Part shown: positions 20,206-29,623 of the stretch, one piece after another
How positions within the stretch are numbered: position 1 is the first letter of the stretch
Layout: the number at the start of each line of letters is the position of its first letter
Source: a virus
Lineage: Duplodnaviria > Heunggongvirae > Uroviricota > Caudoviricetes
Virus record (IMG/VR): IMGVR_UViG_3300021400_000141
Location: 96,001-160,000 of that record
DNA: 64,000 nucleotides
Reading direction: 5' to 3' (one strand)
Notes under the pieces: generated by a model
Database searches by the model: none
Seen by the model: the letters and a program-made list of their open reading frames with translations, nothing else
Told to the model about the DNA's origin: nothing
Program-made: the position numbers and the translations under genes

Positions 20206-20757
20206 TTAAACGCCTCGCTTCCAATGGAGATAATCCATCGTATCCTCAGGAATTACGGGGCCGTTTTTCGGCTCGTGTTCAAGCTTACCTTCTGGCGTGA
20301 CTTTGATAAGCTCGTCGCCAACAAGAGCCATGCATCCCTCGACATGTTTGTCACTAATCTGTTTAAGCGTGGCAAGATAAGCCTCACGGTTGCGGGCGAC
20401 ACCAATCAGCTTGATACTTCCCTTTAACGGGTAATAGAAACTGACAGGGTCCATAACCTTGTTTTCGACCACAACAGGAACCCCGCTGAATTCATCCTTG
20501 AGGCTATCGATAAGTTCGCTAACAGGGTTGCTTTCGAGATACATCATGCCATCCACGATGAGCCTCTCCAGCTGCTCAACTATACCATAGTCTTCATAAA
20601 GCACACGACGAATTTTATGGTACTTGTCTTCAAAAGTACCCTGCCATTCAACAGCATCTTTCAGGTTACGACTGATGAACTTTAGCCTGTCGATTGTACT
20701 CTGATATTGATAAAGTGCGGTTGATACCAACTGTATTTCATCTTCGTCCAACAACAT
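20206..20757 (-). CDS. Hypothetical protein
   Basis: Start MLLDEDE with AAGGAG RBS. Confidence 0.7.
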   Translation of the reverse strand: MLLDEDEIQLVSTALYQYQSTIDRLKFISRNLKDAVEWQGTFEDKYHKIRRVLYEDYGIVEQLERLIVDGMMYLESNPVSELIDSLKDEFSGVPVVVENKVMDPVSFYYPLKGSIKLIGVARNREAYLATLKQISDKHVEGCMALVGDELIKVTPEGKLEHEPKNGPVIPEDTMDYLHWKRGV

Positions 20758-20770
20758 AGTCGTTCTCCTT

Positions 20771-21220
20771 TTATTCTGCTCCGCCCCAGTTAATCGGGAA
20801 CCATTTTTCAACTTCATCCTTCTTGCAAAGGTAGTCGTCAGCGGTTTCGTCGTCCCAGCACTCCTCGTGCTTGTTCCAGACAGCAAATCGGCATCCTTTG
20901 TATTCGGGCCAGATGGCAACAGGTTCATCATTGTCAGGTACTTCATCTTCGGTGACATGCCATCCGCTACCGAGACAACCTGGCTTGCAGTTCTTCGGGA
21001 GCATGTTGTTGTTCATGTATGCGAAGTGAGTGACGTTGCTATCCTTGAGCATAAGGATGCCACCCATTTGACCCAATATACGGAAGCTACCTTGGATGTA
21101 GTATCCGCTATAAATAAGGTCTGGTTCCTTGTCCGTAACCATGAACAGGAGAATTCCTTCACGAGGAGTTTCCTTGCCCACCTCGTACCAGTTCATCTCG
21201 ACTTGACATCTTAATTCCAT
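20771..21220 (-). CDS. DUF551-like phage protein
   Basis: Two W...E.P...E.V modules and VTHFAY; AAGGAG RBS before ATG at 21220. Confidence 0.6.
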   Translation of the reverse strand: MELRCQVEMNWYEVGKETPREGILLFMVTDKEPDLIYSGYYIQGSFRILGQMGGILMLKDSNVTHFAYMNNNMLPKNCKPGCLGSGWHVTEDEVPDNDEPVAIWPEYKGCRFAVWNKHEECWDDETADDYLCKKDEVEKWFPINWGGAE

Positions 21221-21234
21221 ATAGGTCTCCTTGT

Positions 21235-21429
21235 TTAAGCTTGCTTGAATTTTGGCCACGCACTCAGTTCCAACGGAGTTGCATCAGTGGCCACATCATC
21301 ACCATACATTTTACGGAGTGCCTCTCTTGCATTTACCAACAGGGTATGCGGCTCAGTGAACTTGAAGAACACAGTAACCTTATCAGCCGTTGGCTTGAGC
21401 TTGAATGTTGCACACCATATATTACTCAC
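21235..21429 (-). CDS. Hypothetical protein
   Basis: GTG start overlapping the upstream stop (GTGAGTAA). Confidence 0.55.
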   Translation of the reverse strand: MSNIWCATFKLKPTADKVTVFFKFTEPHTLLVNAREALRKMYGDDVATDATPLELSAWPKFKQA

Positions 21430-21589
21430 GTTCCGTTCCCCTATAATAAAGGAATACATCGTCGTTAGAATGAACAATCTGGACAACATCTATTCCCTTA
21501 TTGTCATTGACAAAGTCGCAGCATGCGTTAGCCGTTACCATAATAGCTTCGGCTGTTCCATAAAATCGTTTAACATGAAGTTCTTTCAT
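21422..21589 (-). CDS. Hypothetical 55-aa protein
   Basis: Not in the ORF track; MKELHVKRFYG...YYRGTERE fills the gap exactly and overlaps both neighbours. Confidence 0.6.
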   Translation of the reverse strand: MKELHVKRFYGTAEAIMVTANACCDFVNDNKGIDVVQIVHSNDDVFLYYRGTERE

Positions 21590-21984
21590 ATTTTCTCCAA
21601 AGTGTCAAAGAGTTTAAGTGTTTTCGTAAGCTTTCCTTCATCGTATGGGAAACTTTCCGTGGCGTTGCTGCATTTCAAATCATACGGCCTGTCTGGATAG
21701 ACATAGTACTGGCTGTAGCTGTTTACGCACGATGCGCAAATTTCCAGCTTTTCATCCTTATACTTGAAATCACAAAGCATCCGCTTATCAGGCTTGCGCC
21801 TGTTACAAAGCACCGCCCGATAGGTCACAGATATTGTGTCCATTTTGATTACGGATTGAAGTTCATACCCTGTGGGTATGGACTTCTTTACAAGTGTACG
21901 GACAACGGATTTCAGCTTAGGTTCGGTGTACACTAACCGCTTGGCTAGATGGCAAAAATACTCTGGGCTGTTAGGCGTAGTCAT
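21586..21984 (-). CDS. Hypothetical protein
   Basis: ORF in a tightly packed operon. Confidence 0.65.
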   Translation of the reverse strand: MTTPNSPEYFCHLAKRLVYTEPKLKSVVRTLVKKSIPTGYELQSVIKMDTISVTYRAVLCNRRKPDKRMLCDFKYKDEKLEICASCVNSYSQYYVYPDRPYDLKCSNATESFPYDEGKLTKTLKLFDTLEKI

Positions 21985-21994
21985 AATCAATTAC

Positions 21995-23482
21995 TTATCC
22001 AATGTATATGATTTTCGGGTCCTTAATCAGGCTAAGTCTGTAGTTGAGATAGCATTCAAGGTCATGGGAACTGAATGAGTAGTAGCCACCACTCTTGTAG
22101 TTCTTCAACAATGCAACATAGTCGGTAAACCGCCTCTCGGTCAGCAATGCTGTCAGAACAGTGATGTCAACTCGGCAGTCGTTACCCATGATGTACAAAC
22201 CAGAGTAGACACCCTTTCCAGCCTCGGCATAGTTCACCTTGACCGTGTCATTTCCCTTAACGACAGTGTTCACTGCAAGCTTGTTCTTGTAGACATCGTT
22301 GATTGCCTGGGTTCTACCGAAGTGGCACCAGTCCAAATCTGGTTTGTCCTTTCTGCCCTTCAAGAGTTCCTTCTTGTGGTGGATAAGGAAGGCTTCGACA
22401 GAGTCATCCATCGAATCGCCAAAGCGGTGCGGCTTCAACAGGTCTTCCTTCGGAATTGGATGGCCACCGACATCATACGGATAAAAACAGGTTCCCCACT
22501 TTCCAGTAGATGCCTTCAGGACAGGAATACAGTACATTCTCGGGAGGTCATCAGCGTCGATGAACACACTGTCGGCAAGGGTTGCAAAACCGTTTTTGAC
22601 AACAACCTTTTTCGGGTAATTGCCTGACTTGATTTCGCGGAGTTCTTTCAATTCGCTCCAACTTCCGATATAGAACTTTCCTTCGATAGTCATGTCGGAT
22701 AGAGGCAACCAGTTGCATGTATTGTCCAGAAGCTGGTCCAACTCGTTGATGTTGGCAACCTTGACATAGGAATCATGCTGGTTCTTGTCTATGCAGGTAA
22801 TCATAGAGTAAGTCGTGATGCCCTTGAACACCTGCTTGTGCCCGAAGTCGATAAGGCACGAAAGGTTTCCGTTTTCCAGCAAATACTTTCTGAAATTCGC
22901 ACCAGATGTAGAGTGCATCCAAGACGACGGGGTGATATACGAGAGGATGCCCTTGTCATTAAGCATCCTGATACCCAGCTCGAAGAAGGCTAGATACAGG
23001 TCGCACATTCCTTGGTCGGCAAACTTGTAGTTCTTGACAACATCGTACAGCTTTCCGAGATTGTGAACACGGACGTAAGGCGGGTTGCCAACAACATAGT
23101 CCATCTTTCCGTCATAATCCTTGATTGAAAGGGCGTTGCCAAGACGGATATCCCATTTCACGTCGTTTACGCCGTACATTGCCGCTGTATCGTCAAGTCT
23201 TTTCTTCAACTGACGGAAGTTCGACTTGTTCAGTTCGATTGCGTGGATGTAGGTTTCAAGCGCTTCCTTCAATCCCTTCTTGCCCTTCTTGACACGGATG
23301 TATTCAACGCAATATCTGGAAATGGCGGCAACGACGATGTTTCCGTCGCCCGCACTGTTGTCCATAAAGTGGTGTTCAAGGATACGTTCGGCCCCGACAT
23401 ATTTGGCAACATCGAGAAGGACATTTACGATATTCAACGGGGTAAAAATCTTACCTTCTTCTTTCAATGCATTTTTAATCAT
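21995..23482 (-). CDS. Amino (N6-adenine) DNA methyltransferase, Eco57I/TaqI-like, orphan
   Basis: IFTP, DNSAGDGN (motif I), VVGNPPY (motif IV), DLYLAFFE and YITPSSW. Confidence 0.9.
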   Translation of the reverse strand: MIKNALKEEGKIFTPLNIVNVLLDVAKYVGAERILEHHFMDNSAGDGNIVVAAISRYCVEYIRVKKGKKGLKEALETYIHAIELNKSNFRQLKKRLDDTAAMYGVNDVKWDIRLGNALSIKDYDGKMDYVVGNPPYVRVHNLGKLYDVVKNYKFADQGMCDLYLAFFELGIRMLNDKGILSYITPSSWMHSTSGANFRKYLLENGNLSCLIDFGHKQVFKGITTYSMITCIDKNQHDSYVKVANINELDQLLDNTCNWLPLSDMTIEGKFYIGSWSELKELREIKSGNYPKKVVVKNGFATLADSVFIDADDLPRMYCIPVLKASTGKWGTCFYPYDVGGHPIPKEDLLKPHRFGDSMDDSVEAFLIHHKKELLKGRKDKPDLDWCHFGRTQAINDVYKNKLAVNTVVKGNDTVKVNYAEAGKGVYSGLYIMGNDCRVDITVLTALLTERRFTDYVALLKNYKSGGYYSFSSHDLECYLNYRLSLIKDPKIIYIG

Positions 23483-23835
23483 AGTTTCATTCCCGCCTGT
23501 TCAAGCACTATCGCCTTTGCAGAATTGTAATCCATACCAAATTCTTTCATGTATGCGGCAATTTCCGCTTTGAGTTCAGCAACACGCTTTCCTCTTGTAG
23601 GATTGTACTGCATGTTCAAACGCATTCCCTGCAAGCAGTCAAACGCATGAGCCTGTTGCTTCTTCGTAAGACGGAAGAAACTCTGGGTATTTGTCTGGAG
23701 CAGGATGTCATCCACCTTCGGGTCACGTTCGAGAGCGACCTGCACAAGAAACGGCTCAAACCCTTCCTCTTCATCGACAGAAACAGGAACACCAGCCATG
23801 CGGTTTCTAAGAAATTGCGAAACACTGAATTTCAT
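23479..23835 (-). CDS. Probable clamp loader small subunit (T4 gp62-like)
   Basis: Directly follows the gp44-like gene; size and FEPFLV...AL motif fit. Confidence 0.55.
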   Translation of the reverse strand: MKFSVSQFLRNRMAGVPVSVDEEEGFEPFLVQVALERDPKVDDILLQTNTQSFFRLTKKQQAHAFDCLQGMRLNMQYNPTRGKRVAELKAEIAAYMKEFGMDYNSAKAIVLEQAGMKL

Positions 23836-23836
23836 A

Positions 23837-24886
23837 CTAACCCGCCGTAGGTTGACCCATCTTCAGTATTCCGTACTTGTACAACAATAGGATAACCTTG
23901 GATATGTAAGCATTGACGACCGTGTAAGGGTTCACCTGGAACTCGCTCATCTGTTCGTACTGGCCAGTAATGACACTGAATTCAAGCCTTGCCATCGGAG
24001 GAAGGATATTCTTCTCAATGATGATATCAGCGAATTTGTGGAACAGGCTATCAAAGTCAACATAGTTGTCAAGGACAAACTTACGGGCTCCCATGTCGTC
24101 ACCAGCCAGCACGAAGTCTACCAACTTGTTCGTGTACTCGGTGGTGACAACCTTGATTTGCCCCTTGATTGAGCAACGGTTTTCAAGGAAGTTGTTGAAC
24201 ATCGTTGATGTCATCAGTCGCATGTCTGGGTAGCACTTGTCAACGATTTCAGCCACCGTGTTCTTGTCAACAGTACCATTGTAAGGAGCAGTCTCTTCCT
24301 GTGCGATTTCCATCATCTTCAGGTACATCGCATTTTTCACGTCCCTGTCGTCCTTTGGGTAGTCAAACGATACAGAGAAACACCGTGAAGCGATTGCGTC
24401 TGGCAGGCGATGGAAAGCGTTGCACGTCAAAATGAAACGGATTGTGCTCTGGGTATCTTCGATAAGGCCTTGCAGCTTTCTGTAAAATTCCTCGGGTCTG
24501 TTCGGATGGTCAGCCTCATCGAGAACAACGAATCTCGGTAGACCATTCGGGCATGCCAGAGCAGCATAGCTTTCAATGTCAGTGAAGATGTCGGACTGCT
24601 CACGTGCAGAGAAGAACTTAAACGACGTTCCGAGAGTCCTAGGAATTGCTTTCGATAGTGTAGTCTTACCAGTTCCAGATGCAGTCGAGTAGAACACATA
24701 ATGTCCAAACGCATTGAGCTGCAACGCAGTCTCGACCTTATTCCTGATGCTTGCTGGAAGAACCATTTTGTCAACGGTAAGCGGCTGATGTTTAACCACC
24801 CACATTTCGTATCCACCCTTGGCTACGGGGATACTTCTTTTTTCCTCTTCTGGAATGTCTCCTGTAAGCAAATCGAGTTCGTCCAT
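23837..24886 (-). CDS. Clamp loader ATPase subunit (T4 gp44/RFC-like)
   Basis: WVVKHQP, SGTGKTT, VVLDEAD, RFILTCN, IASRC and YPDMR motifs. Confidence 0.92.
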   Translation of the reverse strand: MDELDLLTGDIPEEEKRSIPVAKGGYEMWVVKHQPLTVDKMVLPASIRNKVETALQLNAFGHYVFYSTASGTGKTTLSKAIPRTLGTSFKFFSAREQSDIFTDIESYAALACPNGLPRFVVLDEADHPNRPEEFYRKLQGLIEDTQSTIRFILTCNAFHRLPDAIASRCFSVSFDYPKDDRDVKNAMYLKMMEIAQEETAPYNGTVDKNTVAEIVDKCYPDMRLMTSTMFNNFLENRCSIKGQIKVVTTEYTNKLVDFVLAGDDMGARKFVLDNYVDFDSLFHKFADIIIEKNILPPMARLEFSVITGQYEQMSEFQVNPYTVVNAYISKVILLLYKYGILKMGQPTAG

Positions 24887-24887
24887 T

Positions 24888-25148
24888 TTACTTTCTCCCT
24901 TCCTTTTCGGGGGTTGATGGTTCCTCTATCGTAATTTCTTGTATATGGATTGCAGGGATTAAGGACATCTTGTTGCAGTCTTCTCCATGCTTTTTAATAA
25001 CGCCAGACACTTCGATGAAACGACGACCAGCCGCCAAATCCCGCTTCATTCCCTCGTAAGCGTCAATGCTCACGTTTCTAAATTCAAGCGGCGCCTTTCC
25101 GATTCGTTCAATCTTCAGGATTAGCCCTTTGTCACACTTTTCGCTCAT
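24888..25148 (-). CDS. Hypothetical protein
   Basis: Start MSEKCD overlapping the upstream stop. Confidence 0.6.
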   Translation of the reverse strand: MSEKCDKGLILKIERIGKAPLEFRNVSIDAYEGMKRDLAAGRRFIEVSGVIKKHGEDCNKMSLIPAIHIQEITIEEPSTPEKEGRK

Positions 25149-25831
25149 AGCTTCTCTTTCGCAATGAACTCCGACAGGCTGGTTGGAACAACCTTGTCGC
25201 AATCCGTGATGAAATCTGCACCATCCAACGCATACAGGCAACCCTTCGCATACATCATCCCGTGGTTCCCGTTCCCGAAATGAACGAGCCTTGCCGATGA
25301 ACGGAGGTACACGTCAAGAACATGAAACGAATGGTTCGTCGAGACAACGACAGGAATGCCCTGTGCATCAAGTGCGTCCTTTATCCTGGAAATATAGGTC
25401 TTTTCTCCGATATTGGCAAGTAGTATTTTTCCGCCAATTTTGCACAAAGTCTCGATATACTGGCCAGCCTGCTCGGATGTTCTAACCTTTCCATAAGAAA
25501 CGGTCTGGTCTACCTTAGGGAACAACCTGTGGTAATCCCCGTTAACCGGGTATGTTAAGTAAGTTTTACCTTCACCGAACTCGATTGTTCGATAAGTCGA
25601 TGGAATATCGTATTCAGCATCGGAATCGTACTTGATGACAACACGGCGGTATGAACGGGCCATTGAAGTGAGAGAACACTGGATTCCGCCCTCGCAAAAC
25701 CCATAGAGACGGCCAGCAAAGTTGTCCTCGTGGAACCTAACGTCATGCCGTATCGATGCGACCGATACGGCAAGATGGTTGTGGGCAGACTGTTCGCCTC
25801 CCGCCAGATTCTCCTGAAATTGGTTAGTCAT
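25145..25831 (-). CDS. Hypothetical protein
   Basis: 228-aa ORF coupled to both neighbours. Confidence 0.7.
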   Translation of the reverse strand: MTNQFQENLAGGEQSAHNHLAVSVASIRHDVRFHEDNFAGRLYGFCEGGIQCSLTSMARSYRRVVIKYDSDAEYDIPSTYRTIEFGEGKTYLTYPVNGDYHRLFPKVDQTVSYGKVRTSEQAGQYIETLCKIGGKILLANIGEKTYISRIKDALDAQGIPVVVSTNHSFHVLDVYLRSSARLVHFGNGNHGMMYAKGCLYALDGADFITDCDKVVPTSLSEFIAKEKL

Positions 25832-26846
25832 TCGTGATACCGTTCTTTGCGTAGAATTCCTCGACCTCTTTCAGGACTTCTGGGTAGGCATATTCCTTTG
25901 TGATGTAGCTGTTCACGAAACTCTTCACCATTTCGGGGCCGTCCTCGTACAATACCTCAGTCAGGAATTCCGTCACACTCGGTGTCATTGTCTGCACGTA
26001 GTAAATCGACGTTGTTACATTCAGTCGAAGCCTAGGGCCAACGATAAGGGTAGCATCTCCTTCGATGCCTCCTCGTTCGACAAAGCTCTTGTAAATCTCA
26101 TCAAGGGTAAGTTCCTTGTTGAGATACTTCGTGAATTCTTCGTCAGTCATACGACGCATCAGAGAGCAATACGCCCTATTTTTCTTGTATCGCAGACCAT
26201 CAAGATAAGAACGGTCGTTTATCTTCTTGTGCCACAGGTGGAGAACAGCGCCTCCCTTGCAACGCAATTCCCTCTTGCCAGTAACCCTACGGATTTTGAA
26301 CACAAAGGCGTCATCCTCTGCTCCCCAACCAATGAACTCCTCGTCGAACCCACAAACTTTCTCATACGTTTCCTTGCTAAAACAGTTGATAAGGCCAGTC
26401 TGGCGAGTTATTGGAATGTTGGAGTTATAACGAATGGGGATGTCAACGACATCGTGACGGCATTTCCTGCGGGTCTGTGCCTCGGTCAGGTATACGCATG
26501 TCTCGTAAGGGAATACAAGAGGTGCGTCATCGCAGTGATTTTTGATGTTGTCAACAACTCCTGCATCTATCCAAGAGTCAGCGTCAATCATGACATAATG
26601 AGTGTAGTCAGGATGGTTCTTTACCGCATAGTTCAACAGTCCAGTCTTATGGAAGTTCGTATCGTCGAATTCAACCTTGTGATGGAAAGTCACCCCAGGA
26701 AGTCCTTCGGTCAATCCATCCTGTTCAACAATGCAGATATCAGCTTCGGGGTCAACAGTTTTGAGCTGTTCGATGGAAGCCTTGAAATTACGGAGGCGGC
26801 ACGGGTCCGTCGAATAGAAAGTATAGATGTAGAGAAACTTGTTCAT
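25824..26846 (-). CDS. GT-A glycosyltransferase (GT2/GT7 galactosyltransferase-like)
   Basis: FHKTGLLN, MIDAD (DxD), GFDEEFIGWGAEDDAF and HLWH motifs. Confidence 0.88.
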   Translation of the reverse strand: MNKFLYIYTFYSTDPCRLRNFKASIEQLKTVDPEADICIVEQDGLTEGLPGVTFHHKVEFDDTNFHKTGLLNYAVKNHPDYTHYVMIDADSWIDAGVVDNIKNHCDDAPLVFPYETCVYLTEAQTRRKCRHDVVDIPIRYNSNIPITRQTGLINCFSKETYEKVCGFDEEFIGWGAEDDAFVFKIRRVTGKRELRCKGGAVLHLWHKKINDRSYLDGLRYKKNRAYCSLMRRMTDEEFTKYLNKELTLDEIYKSFVERGGIEGDATLIVGPRLRLNVTTSIYYVQTMTPSVTEFLTEVLYEDGPEMVKSFVNSYITKEYAYPEVLKEVEEFYAKNGITND

Positions 26847-26850
26847 ATAA

Positions 26851-27660
26851 TTATTTCATCAGACGTTTGATATCCGTTTCACTAATGCTTGCGTACATTA
26901 GTTCGTTCCTGAATGACTGAACGATGTTCATAATACGGTCCTTCATGCCAGGGTGGGTTCCATACTGCAAGTTTTTATCCTTCTTGTCATACATAAAATA
27001 CAATGTAAGAAGCATGAATATGGACCCATCCACAAACGAGCTGCCGAAACCAGTTCCCTGCAAGATAGAACAGGCAAATAGGTCTGCCGAGCGTTCGTTG
27101 TTTCTGGAAACATTGTTGCTGGTCTCGTTCGTGCGGTCGCAGTGGCACAGCATGATGTGGCCGATTTCATGGCAAAGCACAAAGGTAATCATCTTGCGGG
27201 CAAGTTCCATGTATTGAGGATAGTTTTCCTTGACAAGATACTCGGGGAACCTCTGGTAGAACTCGTCAATCTTGGCCGGGTCGATAGCATCCCATTCTTC
27301 CCCATACGCTTCAATCTCTGTAAAGACATTCCCGAAAAGCCATTTCACTGCACGCTTGGCTTGACTAACCTTGTGCGTCCTCATGTACAGGCTAAAAATA
27401 GCAGCACATGTACACATCAACAGACTTAATCCAGCGAACGTATATACGCCAAACGAGTTCCCACCATTGCGTGCGGCAAATGAATTTGCAATCGGTTCAG
27501 GGGTGTAGATGAACTTTACCCTTGACATCTTCTCCAGATACGCCCTGTTTCTAGCAAGGTAGCTCGATGCCTGTATCATGTTGATAGCATCATCTACCAT
27601 ATCCTGAATTGGATATTTAGGGGCTTTTACTTTTCTATGCTTGACGCTTACATAATTCAT
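26851..27660 (-). CDS. Zinc metallopeptidase (M48/U49 Lit-like)
   Basis: FVLCHEIGH, ERSADLFA and THP...DRI motifs. Confidence 0.82.
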   Translation of the reverse strand: MNYVSVKHRKVKAPKYPIQDMVDDAINMIQASSYLARNRAYLEKMSRVKFIYTPEPIANSFAARNGGNSFGVYTFAGLSLLMCTCAAIFSLYMRTHKVSQAKRAVKWLFGNVFTEIEAYGEEWDAIDPAKIDEFYQRFPEYLVKENYPQYMELARKMITFVLCHEIGHIMLCHCDRTNETSNNVSRNNERSADLFACSILQGTGFGSSFVDGSIFMLLTLYFMYDKKDKNLQYGTHPGMKDRIMNIVQSFRNELMYASISETDIKRLMK

Positions 27661-28420
27661 GGGTTCCTCCTGTTGTTAAATGCTTGGCGCTCCATTCAAG
27701 TCTTATTTTCCTACGCATGCGGGTTAGTAAAAGAATCGCCCTTTCCTTGCTGCAGTTATGAGCTTCCGCATAGATGTCGGTGGCATGTTTGGGCGATTCT
27801 GTCGTGACAAGGTAGCCATACATGTCCTGCATCTCTGGAGTAAGGGTCTCATACATCTTTGATGCGAATTGAAGTTTCCCCTGAGAGTCTGCGTCGAACG
27901 GTTCTATCGAATGCAGGTATTCAATCACTTCGCCGTCCTTCCCAGTCTTCGTGGTTTCGACGTACGATAGCGTCACCTTCTTGGATGGGTTGACATACAC
28001 CAGTGCGTCCTCTGATATGAACTTCTTGATGTATCCGTGAAGGCACAGCACCATGTACGAGTTGAAAGATGCACCACCCTCGGGGTTGAAATTAGACACC
28101 AACGTACCGAAGTGCACATACGGGAGATGCACAAGGTCGTTGGCGTCCAGTGAATATTGCTTAGCGTAATTGTTGTATAGTCTGATAAGATAAAGCGAGT
28201 AATTGCCGATTACGATGTCTCGATATGTGTTGTACAGGCGCCTGCTGTTTGGGTCTTCGCTACTCAGTAGCTTCTTGCACAGACCGACTATGGAATTGAT
28301 TAGGTCGCCAGTATTCTCCACATTCATTTTTGTTTTTAACACGCTTATGTATGTTTGTGATTTGTTATATGAGTCGGATAATACTTTTTTATCTACATAC
28401 ACCACTTCCTTCTTTATCAT
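27635..28420 (-). CDS. Divergent sigma70-family RNA polymerase sigma factor
   Basis: RDIVIGNYSLYL...DANDLVH...VSNFNPEGGASFNSYMVLCLHGYI aligns with region 2 (DL.QEG...AVEKFDP..G.KFSTYA..WI); C-terminal HTH-like segment. Confidence 0.7.
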   Translation of the reverse strand: MIKKEVVYVDKKVLSDSYNKSQTYISVLKTKMNVENTGDLINSIVGLCKKLLSSEDPNSRRLYNTYRDIVIGNYSLYLIRLYNNYAKQYSLDANDLVHLPYVHFGTLVSNFNPEGGASFNSYMVLCLHGYIKKFISEDALVYVNPSKKVTLSYVETTKTGKDGEVIEYLHSIEPFDADSQGKLQFASKMYETLTPEMQDMYGYLVTTESPKHATDIYAEAHNCSKERAILLLTRMRRKIRLEWSAKHLTTGGTHELCKRQA

Positions 28421-28453
28421 AGTTCCTCATGGCAGGAAAGGCAGCTAGTCTAT

Positions 28454-28708
28454 TTATCCAGAATTTTTGCATATATGTGTACCCTTCCTTTCTTGTTTGT
28501 AAGGAAATATAATACATTTCAGATACACTTGCAAGAGTTTTGTACACAAAAAATTAAAGTCGGGAATTTCCCGACTTCTCTTGTATTTCTTCTTTGTTTC
28601 GACCACTCGGCATCGCAGTTTCCGACCGTTCTCGGTCTCTGCTATCCGCAGCTTCCTGGCATAGGGTGTCTCCTTAGCTTCGTTTATTTTTAGGTATATT
28701 GGTTTCAT
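28454..28708 (-). CDS. Small basic ArfA/BrfA-like protein with internal terminator
   Basis: Basic motif RCRVVETKKKYKRSRE; hairpin plus U tract at about codons 44-54, before the stop. Confidence 0.55.
   Translation of the reverse strand: MKPIYLKINEAKETPYARKLRIAETENGRKLRCRVVETKKKYKRSREIPDFNFLCTKLLQVYLKCIIFPYKQERKGTHICKNSG
28506..28534 (-). promoter_or_regulatory. sigma70-type promoter
   Basis: TTGCAA-N17-TATATT upstream of the sigma-factor operon. Confidence 0.7.
28548..28577 (-). terminator. Intrinsic terminator inside ORF 28454..28708
   Basis: AAGTCGGGA-AAT-TCCCGACTT followed by TAATTTTTT. Confidence 0.7.
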
Positions 28709-28712
28709 GGTT

Positions 28713-29105
28713 TTATCCTTGTAGGATGCAGTCTTTAAGTAGACTCATTGCCTGTGCCACGTCAGCATCCATCGGTTCTGACGGGGCTGTTGAAACGGAC
28801 GTGTTTGTGCCGCTAGGAGTGCTTACGCTACTCTTCGTGATAGTTCCTGCAGGAGTAGATACGCTGGTAGTATCAATTTCCTTGTAATCCTGTTCAGTCA
28901 GCGGCTGGAACTCGTAGCTGTGATTCTGCTTGAACTTTTCTATCGTAGCAAGGATGTCGTTGTAGCCATAGCCAGGAGCGTTGATTGCACGACGGTTGAA
29001 CTCCCCTATAACATCACGTTCCTTATAGAGGTTTTCGTTGTGGTCGCTGTAACCGATTACGTTACCACCGACTATCATGCTCGGCAATGCGCTCTCAACT
29101 CCCAT
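28713..29105 (-). CDS. Hypothetical late protein
   Basis: 130-aa ORF; TATAAACT box at 29154-29161. Confidence 0.7.
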   Translation of the reverse strand: MGVESALPSMIVGGNVIGYSDHNENLYKERDVIGEFNRRAINAPGYGYNDILATIEKFKQNHSYEFQPLTEQDYKEIDTTSVSTPAGTITKSSVSTPSGTNTSVSTAPSEPMDADVAQAMSLLKDCILQG

Positions 29106-29156
29106 AATATCATCCTACATGTCGGTTCCCATAAACCCACCTTAATCAAATCTAGT

Positions 29157-29612
29157 TTATACTGTCTCCCATGAATCAGTGGCTTCAATGGCATCGTCAA
29201 CGAAGTTGCCAGCCTTCTTCATGTCGTAGATGTCCCTGCGTACCTTGTCCTCAAACTGCTTGAATGTCTGGTCGAGGATTTTGCTCATGCCAGCACCATC
29301 AACATTGTTCAGAGTGTATTCAGCGGAAATCGGCTTCCCATTATAGGTATTCGCAGTTGAGATAAAAACCTTCGTCTCGCTCATGAAAGGAACAACATCG
29401 GACGCATCAGCGATAAGCTCGTCCATGTTTCCGTGGAGAGTTGTTCTGATTTCCGTGTTCCAACCCATGTACGGCATAAGAAACCTTACCATAACGGCGG
29501 TCTCATTAAGTTCCTTCATCATGAGTTGACCTTGTGTGGGCTCAGTCCAAAAAAGGAATGTGAAAAATTCCTTCAACTTGGACACGAGGGTTGCTTTTGT
29601 CTCGCTTGTCAT
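29157..29612 (-). CDS. Hypothetical protein
   Basis: Start MTSETK with AAGGAAGG RBS. Confidence 0.7.
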   Translation of the reverse strand: MTSETKATLVSKLKEFFTFLFWTEPTQGQLMMKELNETAVMVRFLMPYMGWNTEIRTTLHGNMDELIADASDVVPFMSETKVFISTANTYNGKPISAEYTLNNVDGAGMSKILDQTFKQFEDKVRRDIYDMKKAGNFVDDAIEATDSWETV

Positions 29613-29623
29613 AAAACCTTCCT

